Both the position numbers and the translations under genes were made by a program. A stretch of 64,000 bases of DNA, taken from Verrucomicrobiota bacterium. GTDB taxonomy: Bacteria > Verrucomicrobiota > Verrucomicrobiia > Limisphaerales > SXTU01. Of this stretch, positions 1 through 8,020 are shown in pieces. The DNA lies in contig VHDH01000006.1 of assembly GCA_016871445.1 (NCBI GenBank), positions 6,913-70,912 on the forward strand, read 5' to 3'. The notes beneath the pieces are model-generated. The model was not told the origin of the DNA and ran no database searches. It saw only the letters and a list, made by a program, of their open reading frames with translations. Every line of letters starts with the position of its first letter. Within the stretch, counting starts at the first letter, position 1.

Positions 1-680
1 GCGCGGCGACGGATGAACTCGTGGGCCAGTTCGGCCTCAACTTGATGCTCGGTAACGCCGGGTTTCACGAACTTGAGGAGGCGTCGGAAACCCTTCTCGG
101 TGATGGCGACGGATTGCTTGAGAAGCTCGATTTCCGCCGGGGTCTTCACCACGCGAAGCTGGTGCATGAGGCGCGCGAGGCGGTTGTAATCATGCAGCGG
201 GAACTTGGCCTGGCACTCGCGGGCGAAGCGTGCGTCGCGCGTCTCGACTTCCACCTGGGCACGTTTGTGCTCGTTCGAGTTGAGCCAGACGTGCTCCTGC
301 TCGCACATGAGGATTCGGAAAATGACGGGGAACTCGGAGAGCCAATTGATCTGCTTAATGCCGGAAATCTGAGCGGCCTCATCCTTCGAGTGTTTGTGGC
401 CTTCCCATATTTTGAGGTGCTCATTTGGCTCGCGCAGGAAGAGAATTTCGCGGTGCTTTGGCTCGTGCGCATCAGGCGCCAGTAACAGGAGGCTTTGCTC
501 TTGTTCGATGCCGCTCAGGTAAAAGAGGTCGGAGTTGGGGTGCAACGGCAGCGAGCCGTCGGCATTGGTGGGGAGCACATCGTTCGCGTTGACGATGGCA
601 AGGGACTTTGGCGGCAGAAGCCTCTTCAGTCGCTCGCGGTTTTGAGTGAACAGCTTTGAGTCAATCGGAGCATGGCGCAT
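1..680 (-). CDS. pepP: Xaa-Pro aminopeptidase (M24B family), N-terminal ~226 aa; C-terminus lies beyond the left edge
   Basis: My own reverse-strand translation from the ATG at 680 gives MRHAPIDSKLFTQNRERLKRLLPPKSLAIVNANDVLPTNADGSLPLHPNSDLFYLSGIEQEQSLLLLAP...LRVVKTPAEIELLKQSVAITEKGF. This is a creatinase/prolidase N-domain followed by the start of the pita-bread domain. The frame stays open to base 1, so it is absent from the ORF track. The listed ORFs 21..485(+) and 146..472(-) are off-frame shadows of it. Confidence 0.8.
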   Translation of the reverse strand, partial: MRHAPIDSKLFTQNRERLKRLLPPKSLAIVNANDVLPTNADGSLPLHPNSDLFYLSGIEQEQSLLLLAPDAHEPKHREILFLREPNEHLKIWEGHKHSKDEAAQISGIKQINWLSEFPVIFRILMCEQEHVWLNSNEHKRAQVEVETRDARFARECQAKFPLHDYNRLARLMHQLRVVKTPAEIELLKQSVAITEKGFRRLLKFVKPGVTEHQVEAELAHEFIRRR

Positions 681-887
681 GGGTAAAGAGTGGCAGGTTT
701 TAAGGATGAAGCCGAGCGCTGATTTTTGCCCAGCTGGGTGGGCCATTTGAAGGGCTTGCAAAAAGTCAATATGTACGGCTCAAGCCTCACTACCGCGCCT
801 AAGGCGAACTAGTTACTCAGGTCGTCTGGCCAAGAGACATTTACCGAGGTGCCGCGTGAGTCGGTTAAATCGAACAAAAACTTGACG

Positions 888-3098
888 TTAGAAATTACTT
901 GCGTCGTCTCCTACGAAAAAAACGGCGAGCGTAGCTTTCGCCTGCGCGGGATCATTTAGGCAAATTGCGCCGCTGCGAAGACGCGGCAGCGGTTCGCCCT
1001 CGAGTAGAATGGGATGGCGCAGGCGCAGGTGCGCCGCGTAACTGGAAAAGTCAGCAAAACCAGACGCACGCAACATAGCCGCATTTGCGAGCCGGAATAG
1101 ACCACCGGCGCCGGGCACTACACGTCGCATTAACTCCAAAGTCAGCCGGCCCATCGTGTAACGCGGGTTGATTTCAACCACTGGCTTTAGGCGAATGTAC
1201 CCTTCGCTATCGCGGTACAGAAAGGCATCCACGCCAATCGGGCCAAGATAACCAGTGGCTTTGAACGCTACTTCCAGCGACCGGAACAATGCGTCAAAAA
1301 CGCTGCGCACCTCGGTCACGGCACCGCGTTGCCCTTGGAGGTAATCCGCTACGGCGGGCGGCAGTGCGCGGGCGAAATTTGGCGAGGCGGTATTAGCGAG
1401 GAACTGTCCACGCGCATCTGTTAACAAGCCAGTGTAGCCAAGCAAACACAGACCAGCCGGTTTTAGCTCCAACTGCACAGAGAAATCCGCCAAGCGCTCC
1501 AACCAAGGCTCGACAACCACTTGTCGACCGCCGCGCAGTGAGTTCTCCAGCCAGCGCCTCTGCGAACTGAGCAAGTCTGGCTCCCACAGGCGGAGCGCAT
1601 TGTGACCCGCAAGGCCAAAGGCTTGCTTCACAACGACACGATGGTGGCCACGCGCCCGTATGGCAGCAATGGCGGCGAGCGCTGCTTCTAAAGTATCCAC
1701 TGCGATGCCGACTTCATCCCTCGAGCAAAGCCGTAACGCACCCGCCGCCGCGTGTGGCTTCCGTTTGTTATTTAACGTCGGCGCGGATGCAGCGTGCGCG
1801 CCTGCTTGATCAAGGAATCGTCGGAGAAAGTCCGCGCTCCAAGCTTTCGAGTAAAGCCGGGCGGTGCGGCGGTTAAAGGCGCTTTCTGGCGTGCGTGCCT
1901 CGCCGGTGAGGCTGGCGAACAGCGGCGCAAGCAGCTCCACACTGTCCGGTCCCCAAGCCCACGGACGGAGGCGGCCGAGCTTGCGTTGCGCGAGCGTGGA
2001 TAAGGCGCGTTTGTTCTCAACGTTCCGACCAGCGTCCGTTACGTCCTGCGCCGGGGTGAGGACACCCCGCCCTAACGCCACAAACTCCGGCAACGAAAAA
2101 CCTGCATGCTTCAACTCGCCAAGAAACTCCACCACGGGTCGTTCCTCCACCAGCACCACATCATCTTGCCGGCACAGAAACATCGGCAGCGCAGCGAGGT
2201 CGCGTGCAAGTTGCGCCTGATGCTTCACCGGCGTGAAGGATTTCCCCTGCGCGATGCGGCCCTCGGCGAACGGGTTGAATACGAAGATGCTGGGCGTGCG
2301 ACCCTTCGACTGCGCGAAGACATCTAATTCCGCGATGAACTGCGGGTCCAGCCCGGCGGCGCGTCGGCCCTCGACGTTGAGCGACACACCTTTGGCCCGC
2401 CGCGGTGAAAGCGGGAACTTGAGCTGAGCGCAAAAGGCATCCCAATCGCTTTGCCCGGGTTGCTTCCAGCGGCGGAACCATTTTAACCCGCTGGCGACAT
2501 GCCCGATTTCATCGCGGTAAATTCGGTCAAGCAGCGCCGCCGTATCCGCATCGCCAACCACTGAGAAACCGTGGGCGAAATGCCGGGCAAAGTCCAAGTT
2601 CGCCTGCTCAAATGTGAGGCTCAGGCCGGCCACGTAATCCATTGGACTCTGCATGGTCGAGACCGCCCGCCAAAAATAGCCACTCACCGGCAAATCACCA
2701 AATGCGATGCCACTGGCGCGCATTCGTGCCAGATACAAGCGCGTGTGCTCCTGCTCGTCGCGCAGCGTCTGGAGCACACCGCGCCGAAAGGCGGCGGGAG
2801 CTTCAGGAAATCGCAGGAGCACAAGCGCCATAAGCTCCGTGGCAAGCAACTCGTGATTCGCGAAGTAGTGCAGCAGCCGTCCACGCTCGCATTCTTCGTC
2901 AAGTTGGCGCAGACCGGGAAAGTCGGACTTCTCGCTGGAGCCACCAATTTTGAATAGCAATTCGGCCGGACGACCCGGCATGGCGGGTGCGGCCAGGGCT
3001 GGACCAGGCTGTTCGTCTGTGACGTCCGCTGGACACCAAAGCTTTTCCTTCAGCGTCGTCGCAAACAGCACGCGCTGGGCGAGTTCACGTAATTCCAT
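888..3098 (-). CDS. Fusion protein: N-terminal DUF455-type ferritin-like diiron domain plus C-terminal ATP-grasp ligase domain
   Basis: 736 aa. The N-terminal ~265 aa carry DUF455-like blocks: FANHELLATELMALVLLRF, RDEQEHTRLY, TFEQANLDFA and YRDEIGHVASGLKWF (paired E..H / ExxH diiron-type motifs). The C-terminal ~270 aa carry ATP-grasp blocks: HRVVVKQAFGLAGHNALRLW, VVVEPWLERLADFSVQLEL and GPIGVDAFLY...LKPVVEINPRYTMGR. Confidence 0.75.
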   Translation of the reverse strand: MELRELAQRVLFATTLKEKLWCPADVTDEQPGPALAAPAMPGRPAELLFKIGGSSEKSDFPGLRQLDEECERGRLLHYFANHELLATELMALVLLRFPEAPAAFRRGVLQTLRDEQEHTRLYLARMRASGIAFGDLPVSGYFWRAVSTMQSPMDYVAGLSLTFEQANLDFARHFAHGFSVVGDADTAALLDRIYRDEIGHVASGLKWFRRWKQPGQSDWDAFCAQLKFPLSPRRAKGVSLNVEGRRAAGLDPQFIAELDVFAQSKGRTPSIFVFNPFAEGRIAQGKSFTPVKHQAQLARDLAALPMFLCRQDDVVLVEERPVVEFLGELKHAGFSLPEFVALGRGVLTPAQDVTDAGRNVENKRALSTLAQRKLGRLRPWAWGPDSVELLAPLFASLTGEARTPESAFNRRTARLYSKAWSADFLRRFLDQAGAHAASAPTLNNKRKPHAAAGALRLCSRDEVGIAVDTLEAALAAIAAIRARGHHRVVVKQAFGLAGHNALRLWEPDLLSSQRRWLENSLRGGRQVVVEPWLERLADFSVQLELKPAGLCLLGYTGLLTDARGQFLANTASPNFARALPPAVADYLQGQRGAVTEVRSVFDALFRSLEVAFKATGYLGPIGVDAFLYRDSEGYIRLKPVVEINPRYTMGRLTLELMRRVVPGAGGLFRLANAAMLRASGFADFSSYAAHLRLRHPILLEGEPLPRLRSGAICLNDPAQAKATLAVFFVGDDASNF

Positions 3099-3110
3099 TT
3101 TCAGCTGAAA
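3099..3110. promoter_or_regulatory. Perfect 12-nt palindrome TTTCAGCTGAAA abutting the start codon of the DUF455/ATP-grasp gene, in the divergent intergenic region
   Basis: Read directly from the sequence: cat|tttcagctgaaa at 3096-3110. It lies in the 110-nt spacer shared with the divergent PQQ-like gene. Any operator role is inference only. Confidence 0.2.
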
Positions 3111-3208
3111 TCTTAGCGGTTACGGGCGGCAAAGGCGAGTCGGATGGCACAAGCTGCCGAGAGATTCAACGTTGCGAATTTCGTCCGCATACGTAACGTC
3201 CCTCCGCC

Positions 3209-4495
3209 ATGACGAAAACGACCATCGCTCTCGCCGCTTCGCTTGCCGTCGCGCTCACCGTTCAAGCCGCCGACTGGCCGCAGTATCGCGGGCCAAACCT
3301 TGACGGCTCCACGACCGAAAAGATTGCCACCAAATGGCCCGCTGGCGGGTTGAAGGCGCTGTGGAAGGTGCCGGCCCCGGGTGGCTTCAGCTCGTTCACC
3401 GTCTCGGGTGGTAAGGCGTTCACGCAGGTCACCCGCAATGTCGGTGGCGTGGACCGCGAGGTCGCCATCGCGCTCGACGCCAACACGGGGAAGGAAGCGT
3501 GGGCGTTCCCTGTGGGCGGCACGGCTTACGGCCACAGCGGCGGCAACGCCGGCGCTCCGGGCAATGATGGCGGCGACGGCCCGCGCTCCACACCGACAGT
3601 GGTGGCCGGCAAAGTGTATGTGCTCTCCTCCGACCTCGCGCTGTTCTGCCTCGACGCCAACAGCGGCAAGCAGGTCTGGACGCATGACCTGATGAAGGAG
3701 TTTGCCGGACGCAACATCAACTGGAAGAACGCTGCCTCCCCCGTGGTGGACGGCAACCTCGTCTTCGTCGCCGGCGGCGGAGCGGGCCAGTCCATGCTCG
3801 CGTTCAACAAAGACACGGGCGCGCTCGCGTGGAAGTCACAGGACGAGACCATCACGCACTCGACCCCGGTGGTCGCCGCAATTCACGGCGTGAAGCAGGT
3901 GGTTTATTTGATGAAGAGCGGCCTCGTGTCCGTGGCGGCGGCGGACGGCAAGCTGCTGTGGAAGGCTCCGTATCGCTTCAACGTCTCCACGGCCATCACC
4001 CCCGTCGTGGCGGGCGACATGGTGTATTGCTCGGCGGGTTACGGCGTCGGCGGCGGCGCGTTCAAGGTCAGCAAGGCGGGAGCGGACTTCAAGGCCGAGC
4101 AGCTCTGGCAGATTTCCGGCGACAAGGAAGTCGCGAACCACTGGAGCACCCCCGTCTTCAAGGACGGCCACCTTTACGGGATGTTCCAGTTCAAGGAATA
4201 CGGCACCGGTGCGCTGAAGTGCGTCGAACTCGCCACCGGTAAGGTGAAGTGGAGCAAGCCCGGATTCGGCCCCGGCAACGTGATTCTGCTCGGCGGCCAG
4301 ATGCTCGCGCTTTCCGACGCGGGTGACCTCGTGGTTGTCGAGGCCTCGCCCTCAGGCTACACGGAAGTCAGCCGCGCCAAGGCCGTCACGGGCAAGTGCT
4401 GGTCCACGCCGGTCGTGAGCAACGGCCGCGTGTATGTGCGCAGCACGAAAGAAGCGGCGTGCTTCGACGTGTCGGCCAAGGCCGCACAGAACTGA
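3209..4495 (+). CDS. Secreted PQQ-like beta-propeller repeat protein (BamB-like fold family)
   Basis: 428 aa. Signal peptide MTKTTIALAASLAVALTVQA followed by ADWPQYRGPNLDGS. Repeated blocks G-KVYV / G-LVFVAGG / GDMVYCSAG / GHLYGM / GRVYVRS are typical of 8-bladed PQQ-like propellers. Confidence 0.85.
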   Translation: MTKTTIALAASLAVALTVQAADWPQYRGPNLDGSTTEKIATKWPAGGLKALWKVPAPGGFSSFTVSGGKAFTQVTRNVGGVDREVAIALDANTGKEAWAFPVGGTAYGHSGGNAGAPGNDGGDGPRSTPTVVAGKVYVLSSDLALFCLDANSGKQVWTHDLMKEFAGRNINWKNAASPVVDGNLVFVAGGGAGQSMLAFNKDTGALAWKSQDETITHSTPVVAAIHGVKQVVYLMKSGLVSVAAADGKLLWKAPYRFNVSTAITPVVAGDMVYCSAGYGVGGGAFKVSKAGADFKAEQLWQISGDKEVANHWSTPVFKDGHLYGMFQFKEYGTGALKCVELATGKVKWSKPGFGPGNVILLGGQMLALSDAGDLVVVEASPSGYTEVSRAKAVTGKCWSTPVVSNGRVYVRSTKEAACFDVSAKAAQN

Positions 4496-4513
4496 GCTGG
4501 TTCGGGTTTTCGC

Positions 4514-4551
4514 AAGCGGGCTGACGGAAACGTCAGCCCGCTTTGCTTTTT
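4514..4551 (+). terminator. Rho-independent terminator after the PQQ-like gene
   Basis: Perfect 13-bp stem aagcgggctgacg / cgtcagcccgctt, GAAA tetraloop, then tgcttttt. It starts 19 nt after the stop codon at 4495. Confidence 0.8.
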
Positions 4552-4641
4552 CCTCCCCCCAATTTTGCCTGCCTCTGAAAACGAGCGGAGGGCGAGGCAG
4601 GAGTCGAAGAAAAATGCAAATTTGCTTTCGTCATCTTCTGC

Positions 4642-4666
4642 GTAACCGCCTATGCTTCGCGTCGTC
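4642..4666 (+). promoter_or_regulatory. Candidate ECF-type promoter (GTAACC-N16-CGTC) upstream of the ECF sigma operon
   Basis: gtAACc at 4642-4647 and CGTC at 4663-4666, with 16 nt between AAC and CGT. This matches the generic AAC...CGT architecture of autoregulated ECF promoters. It lies ~35 nt upstream of the ATG at 4702. Pattern match only. Confidence 0.3.
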
Positions 4667-4701
4667 ACCAGTCCTGTGCTGGTTTGGTCCGCAGAGTGTT
4701 T

Positions 4702-5295
4702 ATGGGTGAGCAGCCCGGCCTGGATGTCGCGGTTTGCCTGGCGCGCGTGCGCGAGCGTGATGAAGATGCCGCCCGCGCGCTGGTCGAGCATCTTTACCCG
4801 CTCGTCATCAAGATTGTCCGCGCGCACCTGCCGCGCCGGCTCGATGAGGAAGATTTGGCGCAGGAAATTTTCATGAAAGTTTTCGCCAACACCGCGCAGT
4901 ATCGGGGCGAAGTGCCGTTTGAGCACTGGGTCTCGCGCGTCGCCGTCAGCACCTGCCTCGACCGCCTCCGCGCGCAAAAGCGCCGGCCCGAGTGGCGCTG
5001 GGCAGACTTGTCCGAGGGCGAGGCTGAGGTGCTGGATGCCGTGCTGCACAATGAAGCTGAACCGCACCCGTCCCACGCGGCGGACGCGGGCGAACTGGTC
5101 AGCAAGCTGATGCAAACGCTCAGTCCCGAGGACCAACTCGTCATTCGGCTGCTGGATTTGGAAGAGCGTTCGGTGGCGGAAATCGCGGCACAAACCGGCT
5201 GGAGCCAGACGCTGGTGAAAGTCCGCGCCTTCCGGGCCCGGCGGAAACTGCGGAAGCAACTTGAGGAACTCGAACAACAGAAACGCCATGAGTGA
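4702..5295 (+). CDS. ECF-type RNA polymerase sigma-70 family factor
   Basis: Region 2: ALVEHLYPLVIKIVRAHLPRRLDEEDLAQEIFMKVFANTAQYRGEVPFEHWVSRVAVSTCLDRLRAQKRR. Region 4 helix-turn-helix: LSPEDQLVIRLLDLEERSVAEIAAQTGWSQTLVKVRAFRARRKL. The ORF track opens at a TTG at 4684. I prefer the ATG at 4702 (MGEQPGLD...), so the start is uncertain. Confidence 0.85.
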   Translation: MGEQPGLDVAVCLARVRERDEDAARALVEHLYPLVIKIVRAHLPRRLDEEDLAQEIFMKVFANTAQYRGEVPFEHWVSRVAVSTCLDRLRAQKRRPEWRWADLSEGEAEVLDAVLHNEAEPHPSHAADAGELVSKLMQTLSPEDQLVIRLLDLEERSVAEIAAQTGWSQTLVKVRAFRARRKLRKQLEELEQQKRHE

Positions 5296-5587
5296 ACCGA
5301 AGGACAACTGGCAGAAACTCGCCCGCCTCGCGCGGCAGGCTCCGCAGCCCAGTGCGGCCGAAGTGCCGTTCGGCTTCGCCACGCGCGTCGCGGCACGCTG
5401 GGCAAGCAGCGAATCACCCGCGCCCTCCGCCTGGGAAGTCTGGGAACAATTCTCGTTGCGCGGGCTTATGCTGGCGAGTGTGCTGGTGGTGGCGGTGGCG
5501 TTCACGAGTTACGACCTTGCCACACCCGGCTGGACGCAGGCTTACACGATGGCCGACGCGGTGGTTGACCCCATTTTCGAGGAATGA
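5288..5587 (+). CDS. Putative membrane anti-sigma factor (single-pass), cognate to the upstream ECF sigma
   Basis: MSEPKDNWQKLARLARQAP... with one hydrophobic span, LRGLMLASVLVVAVAFTSY. Its ATG overlaps the sigma stop (ATGAGTGA). Assigned by position and topology, with no recognisable zf-HC2 motif. The ORF track lists a TTG start at 5261. Confidence 0.55.
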   Translation: MSEPKDNWQKLARLARQAPQPSAAEVPFGFATRVAARWASSESPAPSAWEVWEQFSLRGLMLASVLVVAVAFTSYDLATPGWTQAYTMADAVVDPIFEE

Positions 5588-6063
5588 ACTGGCTCCGACA
5601 TTGGAAGGTGGTGCTTGCCTTGTGCGGGCTGTTCGTGCTCGGGGCGGCGACGGGCTCGGTCATCACGCTCAAGGTCGTCAAGCGCGTCATCGAGGCGCGC
5701 ACGAACCCTGAGCGGATGTCACAAAATTTGCTCGGTGAGTATGAGCGCCGGCTCAAGCTCACGCCGGAGCAGATTGGTAAAATCCGTCCCATTCTCCAAC
5801 GGACGGGCCGTGAGATGTGGGAACTTCGCACGGAAATGTCTGGACGCACCTTCCAAGCCATCCGCCTCTCGCATGAGGAAATCGCCGCCGAACTCACGCC
5901 CGAGCAACGCGAGGAGTTCACACGGCTGAACCGGGAGATGCGGGAGCGCCAGCGCCCGCAGGGGCCGCCAGGAATGAAAGGCGGGCCGCCGTTCAAGGGG
6001 GCGGGGCCGTTCAGCCTGCCCGCTCCTAAAGACACACCCAAGGCCGAGGAGAATAGCAAATGA
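5584..6063 (+). CDS. Membrane-anchored Spy/CpxP-like periplasmic protein (LTXXQ motif family)
   Basis: 159 aa. N-terminal TM WKVVLALCGLFVLGAATGSVITL, then two LTPEQ motifs (RLKLTPEQIGKIRPIL and AAELTPEQREEFTRLN) and a Gly/Pro-rich tail. ATGA start/stop overlap with the upstream gene. Confidence 0.65.
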   Translation: MNWLRHWKVVLALCGLFVLGAATGSVITLKVVKRVIEARTNPERMSQNLLGEYERRLKLTPEQIGKIRPILQRTGREMWELRTEMSGRTFQAIRLSHEEIAAELTPEQREEFTRLNREMRERQRPQGPPGMKGGPPFKGAGPFSLPAPKDTPKAEENSK

Positions 6064-6635
6064 GCCAACTCGCATTTACGCTCATCATTGCTTCGGTTGT
6101 GGCGATCAACGCCGCCGAACCAGTGCGCCTAACGGACACAGCCGGACTAAGCCACGAACCTCTATCCTCCGCAGGCCGTAAAGCCACCGTCGTGATCTTC
6201 ACCCTGCCCGACTGCCCCATTGCCAATGCCTACGCGCCGGAGATCAATCGACTCTTCGCGGACTACTCGTCCAAGGGCGTGGGCATCTATCTGGCTCATG
6301 TAGACCGCGAACTGACTGCTAGCGACGCGCGTAAACACGCGGCGGACTATAATCTGCGCTGCCCCGTGCTGCTTGATTCCCAGCACACGCTAGTGAAGGC
6401 TCTCGGCGCGACAAGAACGCCACAAGCCTTCTTAATTGGCCCTGACGGCAAGACACTTTATCGTGGACGTATTAACAACCTTTACGCCGACTATGGTCAG
6501 CGCCGCCAGGTCGTCACCCAGCACGACTTGCGCGCAGCACTTGAGGCTGTTCTGACTAACAAGCCTGTTTTACAGCCGGTAACTGAAGTCATAGGCTGCT
6601 ACATACAAACCACTTTCCCGATCAAAACCCCATGA
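6060..6635 (+). CDS. Secreted thioredoxin-fold (redoxin/AhpC-TSA-like) protein with a single-Cys active site
   Basis: 191 aa with a signal-like N-terminus. KATVVIFTLPDCPIANAYAPEINRL has CPIA where CxxC is expected. GATRTPQAFLIGPDGKTLYRGRI has the cis-Pro block typical of redoxins. ATGA overlaps on both sides. Confidence 0.7.
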   Translation: MSQLAFTLIIASVVAINAAEPVRLTDTAGLSHEPLSSAGRKATVVIFTLPDCPIANAYAPEINRLFADYSSKGVGIYLAHVDRELTASDARKHAADYNLRCPVLLDSQHTLVKALGATRTPQAFLIGPDGKTLYRGRINNLYADYGQRRQVVTQHDLRAALEAVLTNKPVLQPVTEVIGCYIQTTFPIKTP

Positions 6636-8005
6636 AACTCAGTTCATCCCTTGGTCTCGCCATTATCGCATTGCTCGTTATTGCCGTCCCGCACGCAAAG
6701 CCCGACCCCAGACCTTTAGCCCCTGACGCTAAAACCCTAGCTTACTCTCCGCGACCCTTGAACTCAGTAACCTTCACGAAAGATGTCGCGCCGATTCTTT
6801 TCAACAACTGCACCTCTTGTCACCGCACTGGCGAGGTCGCGCCGTTTGCGCTTGAAAGCTATAAAGACACAGCAAAGCGCGCGAAGACCATCGCGAGTGT
6901 CGTGAGCAAGCACGTGATGCCGCCATGGAAAGCCGCGCCGGGACCGGCCTACATGGATGAGTGTCGGCTAACCGACGACCAAATCGGCGTCATTCAACAA
7001 TGGGCAGCGGAGGGTGCGAGAGAGGGTAATCCCGCTGACTTGCCCGCTTTACCTCAATTCCCCATCGGCTGGCGCAATGGTGAGCCAGATCTCGTCATCT
7101 CAATGCCCGAAGCATATACGGTGCCCGCTGAGGGCCGGGACATTTACCGCAACTTCGTGATTCCCACCGGTTTCACGCAGGACAAGTGGCTCGCCGCAGT
7201 AGAAATTCGTCCCGGTAACCGCCGCGTCGTCCACCACGTTCTTGTTCACCTCGATGTCTCTGGCAAAGCCCGCGAACTCGACGCCAAAGACCCCGGCCCC
7301 GGCTACCGCACCGGTGGCGGCATCGGCTTCGCCAGCGCGGGGCAAATCGGCGGCTGGGCGCCTGGCAACGTCGCGCGCCGCTGGCCCGATGGCATCGCGA
7401 TGCCCGTGCCGGCCGGCTCCGATGTCGTCATCCAAGTGCACTACAATCTCAACGGCAAACCTGAAACCGACCGCACGCAAGTCGGCCTCTACTTCGCGAA
7501 AGGCCCCGTGGACAAACGCGCCCGCCTCTTTCCGCTAACCGGCCGCGTGAACATCCCCGCCGGCGACGCCGATCACCGCGTGACTTCCTCAATGCCAGTG
7601 CCCTCGGACGTGACGTTGCGCAGTGTGATGCCGCACATGCATCTGCTAGGCCGCGAGATGAAGATTTTTGCCACGCTACCGAACGGGAAGGAATTGCCCC
7701 TCGTTCATGTGCCAGAGTGGGATTTTAACTGGCAGATGAGCTATGTGTTCAAGCAGCCGGTAAAACTGCCGCGCGGCTCAAAGGTTTCGCTTGAAGCCCG
7801 TTACGACAACTCAACCGACAACCCGCGCAATCCAAACTCGCCACCCAAAAACGTCCGCTGGGGCGAGCAGACGACCGACGAGATGTGTCTAGCCTACCTA
7901 AATTTCACCGTGGACAGCGAGAGCCTAACACAGGGAAAAAATGTGCCGAGCATCAGCGACTTCCTGCGGCAACTGAGCGAAAAGCGAAAGAAGACGGCGA
8001 ACTGA
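6632..8005 (+). CDS. Periplasmic protein with an N-terminal planctomycete-type cytochrome c (CXXCH) domain and a PHM/DBH-like copper type II monooxygenase fold
   Basis: 457 aa with a signal/anchor. FTKDVAPILFNNCTSCHRTGEVAPFAL...HVMPPWKA contains the CXXCH. HHVLVHLD, IQVHYN, MPHMHLLGREM and TTDEMCLAYL match the positions of the HH + H and HxH + M copper ligands. Also has the WDFNWQ block. Confidence 0.75.
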   Translation: MKLSSSLGLAIIALLVIAVPHAKPDPRPLAPDAKTLAYSPRPLNSVTFTKDVAPILFNNCTSCHRTGEVAPFALESYKDTAKRAKTIASVVSKHVMPPWKAAPGPAYMDECRLTDDQIGVIQQWAAEGAREGNPADLPALPQFPIGWRNGEPDLVISMPEAYTVPAEGRDIYRNFVIPTGFTQDKWLAAVEIRPGNRRVVHHVLVHLDVSGKARELDAKDPGPGYRTGGGIGFASAGQIGGWAPGNVARRWPDGIAMPVPAGSDVVIQVHYNLNGKPETDRTQVGLYFAKGPVDKRARLFPLTGRVNIPAGDADHRVTSSMPVPSDVTLRSVMPHMHLLGREMKIFATLPNGKELPLVHVPEWDFNWQMSYVFKQPVKLPRGSKVSLEARYDNSTDNPRNPNSPPKNVRWGEQTTDEMCLAYLNFTVDSESLTQGKNVPSISDFLRQLSEKRKKTAN

Positions 8006-8020
8006 CCGAACGCACCCGCC

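Noticed and set aside
21-485. 154-aa plus-strand ORF and 108-aa minus-strand ORF (146..472) at the left edge
   Set aside because: A different minus-strand frame, open from 680 to base 1, gives a clean Xaa-Pro aminopeptidase N-terminus. The two listed ORFs are off-frame relative to it.
4357-5505. 382-aa minus-strand ORF spanning the PQQ gene end, the terminator and the ECF sigma gene
   Set aside because: It crosses a strong intrinsic terminator and is antisense to two motif-supported genes. The Arg/Ala-rich composition marks it as a shadow ORF.
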